From: Candidatus Omnitrophota bacterium
GTDB taxonomy: Bacteria; Omnitrophota; Gorgyraeia; S143-82
Assembly: GCA_015494585.1 (NCBI GenBank)
Contig: WGAY01000046.1
Location: 1 to 60,325 of the forward strand
DNA: 60,325 nt
Direction of reading: 5' to 3'
In this document: positions 10,000 through 19,583 of the stretch, in pieces
Layout: each line of letters begins with the position of its first letter
How positions within the stretch are numbered: position 1 is the stretch's first letter
Notes under the pieces: generated by a model
The model's database searches: none
What the model saw: only the letters and a program-made list of their open reading frames with translations
What the model was told of the DNA's origin: nothing
Position numbers and translations under genes: made by a program

Positions 10000-10179
10000 T
10001 TACATAGCCAATAATCTTTCAACTGCCCTCTTCTCCCCAATCCCTTTGACCTTTATCAATTCAAAGTAAACCCCGCGCTGCACACATCTCTTAAAGGTCT
10101 TCAACTCCATAAAGGCCGTTAGTCTGACAAATAATAGAGCTATTATAAATATAACAAAAAACCAGTAACGAATAAACAC
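10000..10179 (-). CDS. 59-aa membrane-anchored helix-hairpin-helix protein (minimal ComEA-like); not in ORF track
   Basis: Manual translation: MFIRYWFFVIFIIALLFVRLTAFMELKTFKRCVQRGVYFELIKVKGIGEKRAVERLLAM*. N-terminal TM plus HhH motif LIKVKGIGEKRA. Stop abuts the comEC RBS. Confidence 0.65.
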   Translation of the reverse strand: MFIRYWFFVIFIIALLFVRLTAFMELKTFKRCVQRGVYFELIKVKGIGEKRAVERLLAM

Positions 10180-10225
10180 ATTATTCCCTATCGGTGATTA
10201 TTAAACATAAAGAGCCAAGTTATAC

Positions 10226-10393
10226 CTATTTCTTGCTTCTCAATTCCCTCAATATCTCGTCCAGTGTCCTGGCGATGCGCTTCAAAAGCTCATTATTCTC
10301 CTGAAGCATCTTGTCCTGCTTTGCCTGTTGTTTCTTTGCCTCCTGGGCCAGTTTCATCATAGAAGCCATATCCTTGAATTGTCCTAGATTCAT
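10226..10393 (-). CDS. 55-aa helical/coiled-coil hypothetical protein; not in ORF track
   Basis: AGGAGG RBS then ATG: MNLGQFKDMASMMKLAQEAKKQQAKQDKMLQENNELLKRIARTLDEILRELRSKK*. Confidence 0.7.
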   Translation of the reverse strand: MNLGQFKDMASMMKLAQEAKKQQAKQDKMLQENNELLKRIARTLDEILRELRSKK

Positions 10394-10513
10394 ATTTCCC
10401 TCCTGTAGTTTAATACTGATTATACATCATTTCAAATTATACCTTAGCCTCTTTTCTCTTTATCTCGTTGCTAATGGACCATTCTTCCCTCCTCCATGTC
10501 TCACCTTTCATAC

Positions 10514-10690
10514 TCATTTCATCCTCTCCCGCTAAAACCCAACTATATTCCCATCATTGCCATCTATCTTTATCCCTACCATATATATCGGCTTATTTTG
10601 ATTCTCGTATCTCTTACAATACTTCCTCTCTTTTATCTGCTTTATCGAAGATTCCCGGCTGTCTACCTTTATCCCCAAGAGATAGATTAT
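10514..10690 (-). pseudogene. Remnant of the C-terminus of a PD-(D/E)XK nuclease domain (AAA-ATPase-associated PDDEXK_9-like)
   Basis: Frame reads IIYLLGIKVDSRESSIKQIKERKYCKRYENQNKPIYMVGIKIDGNDGNIVGF*RERMK*, resembling the family tail (IY..EFK.D....A..QI..K.Y...Y....K.IY..G..F). No start codon, one internal stop. Confidence 0.6.
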
Positions 10691-10778
10691 AACTCAAATC
10701 TCAAATCTAAGACCTCAAAACTACAGCTTAAAACTTTTTATTCTTCCCTTTTATCGTTAATAAACTCGCAGCAGTTGT
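10690..10778. repeat. Partial, diverged copy of the inner arm of the repeat element at 49.2 kb and 55.5 kb
   Basis: AACTCAAATCTCAAATCTAAGACCTCAAAACTACAGCTTAAAAC resembles AACTCAAATCTAAAATCTCAAAAGTCAAATCCACAGCTTAAAAC at ~55535. Confidence 0.6.
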
Positions 10779-10928
10779 TCAATTATAATAAAATAAATTC
10801 TCTCCTTCCTTAAATATTCAACAAATTGATTAGCATAGACACAAGTAAACTCTTTCCAAACCCACGCTGGCTGGGAAGGAAGGCATAGTCTGTTTAGGTA
10901 ATTTCTTTATATTTTGCATAAATCCTAA

Positions 10929-11315
10929 CTAGAGTTCCTTAATATAGGCCTCATAATCGCTTGCATTCATAAGTATAGCTAATTCATCGGGATCAGATAT
11001 CTTTACTTTGAAAAACCATCCCTCATCGTAAGGGCTTGAATTGACTATCTCTGGAGAAGAATCCAATTCAGGATTGATTTCAACAATCTCTCCGCTAACC
11101 GGAGAATACACATCACTTGCGGCCTTAACTGACTCAACTACAGCAACAGACTCGTCTTTAGAGACCTCCCTGCCTATGTCTGGCAACTCTATAAATACGA
11201 TATCGCCCAGAGATTCCTGTGCATAGTCAGTAATTCCAATCGTAGCAATATCTCCGTCAACAAATACCCACTCATGCTCTTTAGAATAAAAAAGGCCATC
11301 ACGAACCTCTGACAT
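10929..11315 (-). CDS. gcvH: Glycine cleavage system H protein
   Basis: HEWV, GITDYAQESLGDIVFIELP and lipoyl motif VESVKAASD. Start placed after the AGGAGG RBS. Confidence 0.96.
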   Translation of the reverse strand: MSEVRDGLFYSKEHEWVFVDGDIATIGITDYAQESLGDIVFIELPDIGREVSKDESVAVVESVKAASDVYSPVSGEIVEINPELDSSPEIVNSSPYDEGWFFKVKISDPDELAILMNASDYEAYIKEL

Positions 11316-11337
11316 CATCCCCTCCTGTTTTAAACCA

Positions 11338-12459
11338 TTATTCACCAGTTCCTACTGGAGAAACCTTATCTCTTAATGAACCATTCTTATAGAATGGATA
11401 ATCTGAAACCTGCACCTCAATAGTGCCTCTGCCCTTGACAAGGACATTATCCCCATAATCAATGTCCCTGTCAATATATGCAAGGCCAATTGCCTTTTTT
11501 AGCGACGGTGAAAACGAACCAGATGTCACAATCCCAACTTCTCTGCCGTCCACAGAAAACACTTTATCGTTGTGCCGAAACGGACGTCGGCTATCAGATA
11601 TTATCCCTACAAGCCTGCAATGGGTGCCTTTTGCCGTTACACCAAGCAATGCATCCTTGCCGATAAAATCCTTATCCCAGTAAACAAACCTCTCCATACC
11701 AGCCTCTACTGGATTCCTCGTCTCGTCCATATCCTGCCCATATAAAGGATAGCCCATTTCAAGGCGAAGCGTATCTCTGGCCCCAAGCCCAGCCGGTCTA
11801 ACCAAGGGATGCGCCAATAATCCTTGCCATATCCCAACAGCCATCTCAACAGGAATATATAATTCAAAACCAAGCTCTCCAGTATATCCTGTCCTGCTGA
11901 CGATTATTTTCTTCGCATTATGCCCAAATTCCTTAAACCTGAAATAGCCTATCCCAGATAGATCTCGTTGCAGAAATTCAGATAATACCTCAGCAGACCT
12001 TGGCCCCTGAATGTCTATCTTTGCAATCAAATTAGAGATATCTGAAACCTCAGCGTTAAAATCCCTTGTATGCTCGGCAAACCACTGAAAATCTTTATCT
12101 TTTGTAGCGGCATTTACGACTACCATAAACCTGTCCTTTTCTATTCTGTAAACAATCAGGTCATCCAAAATGCCAGCATTATCGTTCAAAAGAAGCCCAT
12201 ACCTGCACTGGCCAATGTTCAATCCCCTTATCCTACTGGTAATCAGATAATCAAGGAATGCTTCTGCTTCCCTACCTTCCACAATAAACTCACCCATATG
12301 GCATATATCAAATAAAGATGCATTATCCCTTGTCCAGTTGTGCTCAGCTACAATAGATGTATAGGAAACAGGCATAAGCCAACCAGCAAAATCAACCATC
12401 CTTGCTGACAGGTTCAGGTGTTCATTATAAAGTGGTGTTCTAAACAAATTCTGCACCAT
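11338..12459 (-). CDS. gcvT: Glycine cleavage system aminomethyltransferase T
   Basis: FAGWLMPVSY, FDICHMGE, SRTGYTGELGFE, GLGARDTLRLEMG. Confidence 0.96.
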   Translation of the reverse strand: MVQNLFRTPLYNEHLNLSARMVDFAGWLMPVSYTSIVAEHNWTRDNASLFDICHMGEFIVEGREAEAFLDYLITSRIRGLNIGQCRYGLLLNDNAGILDDLIVYRIEKDRFMVVVNAATKDKDFQWFAEHTRDFNAEVSDISNLIAKIDIQGPRSAEVLSEFLQRDLSGIGYFRFKEFGHNAKKIIVSRTGYTGELGFELYIPVEMAVGIWQGLLAHPLVRPAGLGARDTLRLEMGYPLYGQDMDETRNPVEAGMERFVYWDKDFIGKDALLGVTAKGTHCRLVGIISDSRRPFRHNDKVFSVDGREVGIVTSGSFSPSLKKAIGLAYIDRDIDYGDNVLVKGRGTIEVQVSDYPFYKNGSLRDKVSPVGTGE

Positions 12460-12506
12460 AATAGTCTCTCCTTATATAGACTCTTAAAAAGGCAAAACAC
12501 TATATA

Positions 12507-13379
12507 TTAGATATCAACCCCCAAAAAGCGCCTCACTAATAAACCTACTACAAAAGAAATTAATATTACTGAGGAATTAATCGCAAACATTTCAAGGAAA
12601 CTTGTCTTAAAAGATCTATCCTTTACAACGGACACGAAAAATGAGAAGAAAAGGATGGCAAAAATCCCATTTATTATGGACCATAGAAGTGCGTAAAGGT
12701 AGTTGGAAAGCAGTAAATAGGGCGCCACGAGAATAACTACCGTAAAGATATAGGCTATGCCTGTAAAAACTGCGGCAGTTAATGGCTGTCGAGATTCACT
12801 TGATTCGGCACGTTGAGATAAATATTCAGCCGCAGACATGGATAATGCCGCCGCAATTCCTGTAATAATTCCTGCAAGCCCTATCAACTTACTGCTGCGC
12901 AAAGCAAAACTCAACCCCGCCAACGTACCACTCAGCTCAACCAGGGCATCGTTCAATCCCAGAACCATTGAACCTATGTATTCCACCTTCTTCTCTTCAA
13001 TCATAGAGAGCAGTAGATTCTCATGTGATACTTCGTCCCGTAAGACTGTTTCTGCCTCTTGATAACGATGTAACAGAGCGCTATATTTCTTCTCCGCCTT
13101 CATCTCGTTTTTCTCCATCAACTTGGCAGTAAAGGAAAGCCCTAATATTCTGGCTAAGATAGAATAAAGTAAGACCTTAATCCTATTTGGAGGTATATCT
13201 TTGCCAGTATATCGCTTCCAAATGTTGTAGTGAGTTAATTCATCTTGTGAAATTTTTAACAGAACCTGTCTATTCTTGCCTACACTAATCTCTGCCAATT
13301 TTTTGTAAACTACATGCTCGGTTATCTCGCTCTCCTGAAAAGACAATAAGACATTCTTTTCCTGCTCAGATATCTCCAT
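12507..13379 (-). CDS. Rubrerythrin-like domain plus VIT1/CCC1 transporter family protein
   Basis: N-terminal ferritin-like E..H motifs (DELTH, DEVSHE); VIT1 motifs VLGLNDALVE and ALSMSAAEYLS. Confidence 0.88.
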   Translation of the reverse strand: MEISEQEKNVLLSFQESEITEHVVYKKLAEISVGKNRQVLLKISQDELTHYNIWKRYTGKDIPPNRIKVLLYSILARILGLSFTAKLMEKNEMKAEKKYSALLHRYQEAETVLRDEVSHENLLLSMIEEKKVEYIGSMVLGLNDALVELSGTLAGLSFALRSSKLIGLAGIITGIAAALSMSAAEYLSQRAESSESRQPLTAAVFTGIAYIFTVVILVAPYLLLSNYLYALLWSIINGIFAILFFSFFVSVVKDRSFKTSFLEMFAINSSVILISFVVGLLVRRFLGVDI

Positions 13380-15096
13380 CTTTCCTTATCTCTCCTATTT
13401 TTATATCAAGTCCATATTTCCTCCATATATCCTTATAGGCATCTAGCCTTTTCATAAGCTCTTGATTCTTTTGCAATAGTTCCGAGAAAGTCATCCCATC
13501 TGGAGTGACATCCTCTACCTTTGCACCCCTCTTTAACAATAGAGTAACAATCTCTGGGTCAGTGCTATAGATAAGACTATACATCAATGGAGAAAATCCC
13601 AACTCGTTGTGAAAGTTAAGCAATGCTCCAGCATCAATAAGAAGCCGCACTATCTCGATAGGGGCCTTTTCCCTTAGAGCCACCATCAATACGCTATCTC
13701 CGAACATCTTTATTCTATCATTCACTGAGAGGTGTTTGCCTATCAAGAACCTCATTACTTCCAGCCGTCTCTTTAGATCTTTATCTGAAGAAAGCAAGAG
13801 AAGGGTCAATAGGTTTGAACTTTCTTTGTCTTCATAATATATACTCGCACCCTTCTCTATCAAATACCTTACTAAACCTGCATTTGACCCAAGGGCTGCA
13901 TACCTAATGGGTCGCTGTGAGTTTGATCCAGCATCAACATAGGCACCATTTTCAACGAGGGCCCTTACCGCAGATTCGTTGCCAATAATACAGGCAATTG
14001 AAAGGATTGGGAGATCCATATCTTTCCACCTAACCTGCATATTAGGTCTAAAGTAGTACTTCTTAACCAATATGCGGATATCATCTTCTACATCCTTATT
14101 CTTGGGATCAAATACAGCCATCCAAAAATCAAGGGATTTCGCCAACTGTCTCCTATTAGATCCATGGACCCGAGACAAAAGCAGGTCCAGAACATCTGCC
14201 CGAGAATAGCTTGCGGCCAATTTAAAATAATGCCACCTATCCCCTTTCTTTGTCAGAGAAGCCCCATAATCTAAAAGTGCTTTTACTCTACACAACTGCC
14301 CATACGCTACCGCATAGTCCAGGGGGCAGACATTAGGACAGTAATTCGGATCCGCTCCACCTTCTAGCAATATCCTCAATTTCTCACAACCGTAACTGAC
14401 ATCCTTTTCACAGGCAAGTATAAGGGTAGTTTGGCCATAGGAGTCAACCGCATTAGGGTCGCTACCAAGCATAAGCATAGCTTTAAGGACCTCAGGGGAA
14501 TTGTAATAGACGGCATACATAATCGGTAAGACCCCTTTTTTATTCCTTATATCCATGGGCACGCCACAAGAAAACAACCTGCGTACCATTTCAGGGGTGC
14601 CTTTCTCCGCCACATAATGAAATAGGGAATTCCCTTCCCCGTCGAGCATTGTATCAGCCAAATCTTTTCGCCCACAAAGTAGACCTATCAACTCCTGGCC
14701 ACACTCGTAACGCTTTAATACAAGGGTGCGAATTATCATATTAGCGAGCTTTTTACCTTTCAAATTCAGACCGGCGTCCACAAATTTCTGAAATAGATCG
14801 CAACGATTAAACTGAAAGGCCGTCTCGAAAACAGGAAAATTCTCATCTCCCTCAATTACTAGCTTGTTGATAAGGTGCATTATCTCCTCATCCGAACTTA
14901 CCTTCCAAAAGTAAGGGCTACGAAGCGCCTTTAAGGCTTTCTCTCTATTATGTTTCTCTACAATAGACTGCAATGTATAAATCGGTTTATACTGCCTACG
15001 TAAGATAAAATCCTGAAATGATTCAGATCTGAAATAGAGGGAAAGCAGAATAAAGATAATAAACAAAAAAAGAAAGGCAAAAAATAATCTCTTCAT
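13366..15096 (-). CDS. Ankyrin-repeat protein with N-terminal membrane anchor
   Basis: Repeated ankyrin-like units (GNSLFHYVAEKG, GVLPIMYAV, GQTTLILAC, LLEGGADPN, GFSPLMYSL) and a hydrophobic N-terminus. Confidence 0.88.
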   Translation of the reverse strand: MKRLFFAFLFLFIIFILLSLYFRSESFQDFILRRQYKPIYTLQSIVEKHNREKALKALRSPYFWKVSSDEEIMHLINKLVIEGDENFPVFETAFQFNRCDLFQKFVDAGLNLKGKKLANMIIRTLVLKRYECGQELIGLLCGRKDLADTMLDGEGNSLFHYVAEKGTPEMVRRLFSCGVPMDIRNKKGVLPIMYAVYYNSPEVLKAMLMLGSDPNAVDSYGQTTLILACEKDVSYGCEKLRILLEGGADPNYCPNVCPLDYAVAYGQLCRVKALLDYGASLTKKGDRWHYFKLAASYSRADVLDLLLSRVHGSNRRQLAKSLDFWMAVFDPKNKDVEDDIRILVKKYYFRPNMQVRWKDMDLPILSIACIIGNESAVRALVENGAYVDAGSNSQRPIRYAALGSNAGLVRYLIEKGASIYYEDKESSNLLTLLLLSSDKDLKRRLEVMRFLIGKHLSVNDRIKMFGDSVLMVALREKAPIEIVRLLIDAGALLNFHNELGFSPLMYSLIYSTDPEIVTLLLKRGAKVEDVTPDGMTFSELLQKNQELMKRLDAYKDIWRKYGLDIKIGEIRKDGDI

Positions 15097-15122
15097 ATCA
15101 TCTTCATTCTAAAAAGTAATGC

Positions 15123-15992
15123 CTAGATGACCTTCACTCCATCGACAGACGTAATCTTCCGAAATTCTCTTATAATATCCCAGGTAAACTTACCCGGCTT
15201 AGCTTCGCCTATTAGCCTATCATCTATCTTTATCACAGGAATTATCTCGGCAGCAGTACCCGTTAAAAAGACTTCATCTGCAGTATAAAGGTCGTAGCGG
15301 GTAAACCTCTCCTCCTTTACCTCCATACCCAGACGAGCAGCTATCTCCATAACTGTCCGTGCAGTAATGCCCTTTAATACACCTACAGATGTGGGTGGAG
15401 TAATCAAGACACTGGCCTTTATCATAAATATATTATCGCCAGTACACTCAGCCACATATCCTTCGTGGTTGAGCATAAGGGCCTCTTCATACCCACGATG
15501 TACGGCCTCTATCTTGGCCATTATGTTGTTTAGATAATTCAGAGATTTTACCTGGGGGTTGAGAGCCTCGGGTATATTCCTCCTAGTGGGTACAGTAATA
15601 ATAGAAAGCCCTTTAGTATACAATTCCTGGGGATAGAGTTTTATATTATCGGCAATTATAACAACCGATGGCCTTGGACATTTCCTTGGATCAAGGCCAA
15701 GGTCTCCCACTCCTCGACTAACCACAACACGAATATAGCCATCCGAAAGGCCATTTCTCTTTACTGTCTCGACTATGGCCGATATCATCTCATCCTTGGA
15801 CATCGGTATATTAAGCATTATTACCTTTGCCGAATCATAAAGCCTATCTATATGTTCCTTCAACTTAAATATACATCCAGAATACATACGTATTCCTTCA
15901 AAGACCCCATCTCCGTAGAGAAAGCCATGGTCCAGCACAGAGACCTTGGCATCGGATTCAGTTACAAACTCTCCATTAAGATAGATAATCAT
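15123..15992 (-). CDS. ilvE: Branched-chain amino acid aminotransferase
   Basis: [42 protein letters not shown]. Confidence 0.95.
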   Translation of the reverse strand: MIIYLNGEFVTESDAKVSVLDHGFLYGDGVFEGIRMYSGCIFKLKEHIDRLYDSAKVIMLNIPMSKDEMISAIVETVKRNGLSDGYIRVVVSRGVGDLGLDPRKCPRPSVVIIADNIKLYPQELYTKGLSIITVPTRRNIPEALNPQVKSLNYLNNIMAKIEAVHRGYEEALMLNHEGYVAECTGDNIFMIKASVLITPPTSVGVLKGITARTVMEIAARLGMEVKEERFTRYDLYTADEVFLTGTAAEIIPVIKIDDRLIGEAKPGKFTWDIIREFRKITSVDGVKVI

Positions 15993-17653
15993 ATATTCCT
16001 CCCTAGATAGACCGCTCCCTTAGAGGCCGAAGATACCATCCTAGAATATCTAGCCAGATATCCCTGCTTAATCTTCGGTTCAAGAAGCTTTATTGTCTTC
16101 TTGCGGCGTTCTAATTCATTGTCACCAACATTAAGGGTTATCTTCTTATTAGGGATATCTATCTCTATCTGATCTCCATCTTGTATATAGGCAATAGGAC
16201 CACCCTCAGCGGCTTCAGGAGATATATGACCTATACAGGGGCCACGAGTACCTCCTGAAAATCTGCCGTCAGTGATAAGCGCAACTGACTCACCAAGGCC
16301 CATTCCGATAACCGCAGAGGTCGGCGCCAACATCTCACGCATCCCAGGCCCACCTTTCGGACCTTCATACCTTATCACTATCACTGTGCCCGGCTCTATC
16401 TCTCCACCAAGGATAGCCTGCATAGCATCTTCTTCCCTATCAAAACACCTGGCTTTGCCGGTAAATTTCATCATAGATTCACTAACTGCTGACTGCTTAA
16501 CAACTGCTCCTTCAGGTGCAAGGTTGCCAAACAAAACAGCCAATCCCCCTTCAGGATGATACGCCTTCTCCACTGGCCTAAGGACATCCGAATGAAACAC
16601 CACTGCACGCTCCTGTATCTCACGAACAGTATGTCCACTTACAGTTGGATTGTCTTTTATCATATCGCCTAGGGTCTTAAATACGGCTGGAATGCCCCCT
16701 GACCAATGAAGGTCCTCCATAAAGAATTCCCCACCAGGACGAAGACTGGCTATATGAGGGGTCTGCCTGCTTATCTCATCGAAAACATTCAGAGGTAAAT
16801 CAACCCCCGTTTCATGGGCAATAGCCAAGAGGTGCAATACAGTATTCGTAGAACCACCCAGCGCCATATCAACCCTGATCGCATTTTCAAATGCTGCTCT
16901 AGTCATAATATCCCTTGGACGGATATTCTCCTTTACCAGTTCAACTATCCTCTCTCCGCTATAGGTAGCTATACGCTTCTTTTCGGCGAGCACGGCAGGG
17001 GCAGTAGCGCAACCAGGTAGACTCATACCCATTGCCTCAGTAAGACAGGCCATAGTATTTGCGGTATAGAGCCCCTGACAGGAACCTGCACCAGGACAGG
17101 CACATATCTCTAGATTGTTGAGAGTTGATTCGTCTATCTCGCCCTTTTTGAACCTCGCAAGTGCCTCAAAGGTATCTCGTACCAGAGAAAGACGCTGGCC
17201 AGCAAAATTCCCTGCAACCATAGGGCCAGCAGTCACCACAATCGCAGGGATATTGAGCCTGGCAATCCCCATAAGCATACCTGGCGTAATCTTATCGCAA
17301 TTAGTCAGACAGACGAGCCCATCAAGCTTATGGGCCTGAACGACTGTCTCTATGGCATCTGCTATAAGCTCTCTGGAAGGCAGTGAGTAAAACATACCAC
17401 TATGCCCCATCGCAATACCATCACATATCCCTGGGATCCCAAATATAAAAGGCACACCGCCTCCATAGGCAATTCCCCTTTCAACAAAACGTTCAAGATT
17501 TCGCATTTCAACATGTCCAGGGATAAGGTCAGTGAATGCTGATGCAATGCCAATAAACGGTCTCGAAAAATCCCTTTGATTTACACCCGTAGCATACAAC
17601 AGCGCCCTATGGGGAACACGTTCTAATCCTTTCTTTACTTCATCGCTACGCAT
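15989..17653 (-). CDS. ilvD: Dihydroxy-acid dehydratase
   Basis: [37 protein letters not shown]. True start MRSD at 17653 after AGGAGG. Confidence 0.97.
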   Translation of the reverse strand: MRSDEVKKGLERVPHRALLYATGVNQRDFSRPFIGIASAFTDLIPGHVEMRNLERFVERGIAYGGGVPFIFGIPGICDGIAMGHSGMFYSLPSRELIADAIETVVQAHKLDGLVCLTNCDKITPGMLMGIARLNIPAIVVTAGPMVAGNFAGQRLSLVRDTFEALARFKKGEIDESTLNNLEICACPGAGSCQGLYTANTMACLTEAMGMSLPGCATAPAVLAEKKRIATYSGERIVELVKENIRPRDIMTRAAFENAIRVDMALGGSTNTVLHLLAIAHETGVDLPLNVFDEISRQTPHIASLRPGGEFFMEDLHWSGGIPAVFKTLGDMIKDNPTVSGHTVREIQERAVVFHSDVLRPVEKAYHPEGGLAVLFGNLAPEGAVVKQSAVSESMMKFTGKARCFDREEDAMQAILGGEIEPGTVIVIRYEGPKGGPGMREMLAPTSAVIGMGLGESVALITDGRFSGGTRGPCIGHISPEAAEGGPIAYIQDGDQIEIDIPNKKITLNVGDNELERRKKTIKLLEPKIKQGYLARYSRMVSSASKGAVYLGRNI

Positions 17654-17680
17654 AATATAACCCTCCTGAAATAAAACCAG

Positions 17681-17770
17681 CGGAGAGGCAGGGATTTGAA
17701 CCCTGGGTACCCCTTTTGAGGGTACATGCGATTTCCAGTCGCACCCGTTCGTCCACTCCGGCACCTCTCC
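17681..17770 (-). tRNA. tRNA-Ser(GGA)
   Basis: Reverse complement GGAGAGG...TGCGA-CT-GGA-AA-TCGCA, long variable arm, GGTTCAAATCC...CCTCTCC-G. Confidence 0.95.
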
Positions 17771-17920
17771 AAACAACTTCCACTAAATACTGAATTTTAA
17801 CATGCAATTATTTGGCTCTGCAAGCTATATTAATATTAGGGCTCTATCATATTTTACACCTCTCTTCTTCATTCTTTACTCCCAACAAAAGGACTGATAT
17901 AATTTTAAAAAGGTGGCAGA

Positions 17921-18472
17921 ATGGAAACACAAAAGATAATAAACAAAGCCGTTGAGGCAATCAATTCTGGGCATAAAAAGTATGCTGTTTCCCTGCTAAG
18001 ATACATCATAAGAAAAGACCCTGACAATATCTCAGCCAGAAAACTACTCTATACAACCCTTATGAACAACATAGATATCCCAAGGGCAAATAGAATAAAG
18101 GCCTATTTCCGAAAGATAAAAGGAGAACAATTTATAAAAAAGGGACAAATAAAAGTAGGTGTAGAACTTCTTGAGCAGGCATTTGAATTGAATCCAATGA
18201 ATATACATATTCTAATATCTATCGCCGAAATACTGGCCAACAGAAATCCCCAGGCTATAGAATTGCTAGAAAGCGTAGAAATAGACCACATACAAGATCC
18301 CAATATGTTAAAGAAGATAGCAAAAGTGTACCTAAACGCAAAGAATTATCCACTAGCCAAAAAGGCCCTCAAACGAATCTTGATAGTAACACCAAATGAC
18401 CTGGAGACACAAAAAATGCTCAAAAATTTAGAGGCCCTTGGAGTACTCCAAAAAGAGTTCAAAGCATCCTAA
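17921..18472 (+). CDS. Tetratricopeptide-repeat protein
   Basis: Helical repeats ending in DPDN, LNPMN, TPND. Only plus-strand CDS in the window. Confidence 0.75.
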   Translation: METQKIINKAVEAINSGHKKYAVSLLRYIIRKDPDNISARKLLYTTLMNNIDIPRANRIKAYFRKIKGEQFIKKGQIKVGVELLEQAFELNPMNIHILISIAEILANRNPQAIELLESVEIDHIQDPNMLKKIAKVYLNAKNYPLAKKALKRILIVTPNDLETQKMLKNLEALGVLQKEFKAS

Positions 18473-19583
18473 GCAAAACGCCAATAGAGAAGAGATTTAT
18501 CACACAGGAAGTTCCCCCGTAACTAACGAAAGGTAGTGGTAACCCTTTAGGAGGCAATAACCCCACATTAACACCTAGATTTATAATTGTCTCAAGAAAT
18601 AAAAGGCCCATCAAACCTGTAACAAACAATTTTCTGAACAAATCCTTTTGTCTTACCGCTGCTAAAAATCCCTGCACAAAGAAATAAAAAAATACGAATA
18701 CCACAAACAATGTCCCTAATATCCCGAATTCTTCACCAATAACTGCAAAGATAAAGTCTGTATGCGCAGCAGGTAGATAAAATAATTTCTGCAAACCGTG
18801 TCCCAGTCCTCTGCCAAATATACCTCCTGAACCCAAGGCGATTTGGGCCTGGATAATCTGAAAACCTTTATTCAACGGATCTGCCCAGGGATTTAAAAAT
18901 GAAAGTATCCTTGCCCTCCTATAAGAAACCGAAAATATCAGAAACCAGGCCAGCGGGAGAGAAATCAAAAAAAGCGAAAGCAGGTAAGAAAACCGTAGCC
19001 CAGCCACTAACATAATAATACCCAACACCATAGCCGTAACTATAGTAGTACCCATATCTGGCTCAAGGAGAATCAATCCAGCAATCAGTCCAAAGACAAT
19101 AAAGGCTGGTATCATATGAGTAATATCTGATAGCATAGACCTAGTCGCCTCTAGTCTACGTGCAAAGAGGTCAGATACATATATGATTATCGCTAATTGA
19201 GCAAACTCAGAGGGCTGAAAGTGGAAAGCCCCTAGAGCTAACCAGCGCCTCGCACCGCCGATCTGCTGTCCCACTCCAGGGACAAGGACCAGAATTAATC
19301 CAACAATACTCAACAAGAGTATAGGCTTGCTGTTCCTCCTCAACACATCTGGAGGTATTTTATATCCAATAAACATTGCAGCATAGCCTACCAGCAAAAA
19401 CAATGATTGTCTGATCAAGAAATAAAAAGGGCTTCCAAAAGACGCATCAGCATAAGCAAAACTGCTCGAAAACACCATAACCAAACCTAAAAAGGATAGT
19501 AGAAGCACCGTGCCAAAGATGCGTTTTTTCAAGATAGAACTATCTATCCCTGAAAGTGCAAACAAATCCCTCAACAAGTTCAT
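18459..19583 (-). CDS. ftsW: SEDS family peptidoglycan polymerase FtsW
   Basis: GGARRWL, FQPSEFA, EPDMGT, LPAAHTDFIFAVIGEE, LPFVSYGG; follows murD. Start uncertain. Confidence 0.92.
   Translation of the reverse strand: MNLLRDLFALSGIDSSILKKRIFGTVLLLSFLGLVMVFSSSFAYADASFGSPFYFLIRQSLFLLVGYAAMFIGYKIPPDVLRRNSKPILLLSIVGLILVLVPGVGQQIGGARRWLALGAFHFQPSEFAQLAIIIYVSDLFARRLEATRSMLSDITHMIPAFIVFGLIAGLILLEPDMGTTIVTAMVLGIIMLVAGLRFSYLLSLFLISLPLAWFLIFSVSYRRARILSFLNPWADPLNKGFQIIQAQIALGSGGIFGRGLGHGLQKLFYLPAAHTDFIFAVIGEEFGILGTLFVVFVFFYFFVQGFLAAVRQKDLFRKLFVTGLMGLLFLETIINLGVNVGLLPPKGLPLPFVSYGGTSCVINLFSIGVLLRML

Noticed and set aside
10311-10813. Three plus-strand ORFs of 74-105 aa
   Set aside because: Low-complexity antisense readings of the minus-strand microprotein, nuclease remnant and repeat; no RBS or motifs.
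12460-12506. Glycine riboswitch upstream of gcvT
   Set aside because: The intergenic gap is only ~47 nt and has no aptamer-like sequence.
17654-17776. N-terminal extension of ilvD in the track
   Set aside because: It is a translation of tRNA-Ser; the real start has an AGGAGG RBS at 17653.
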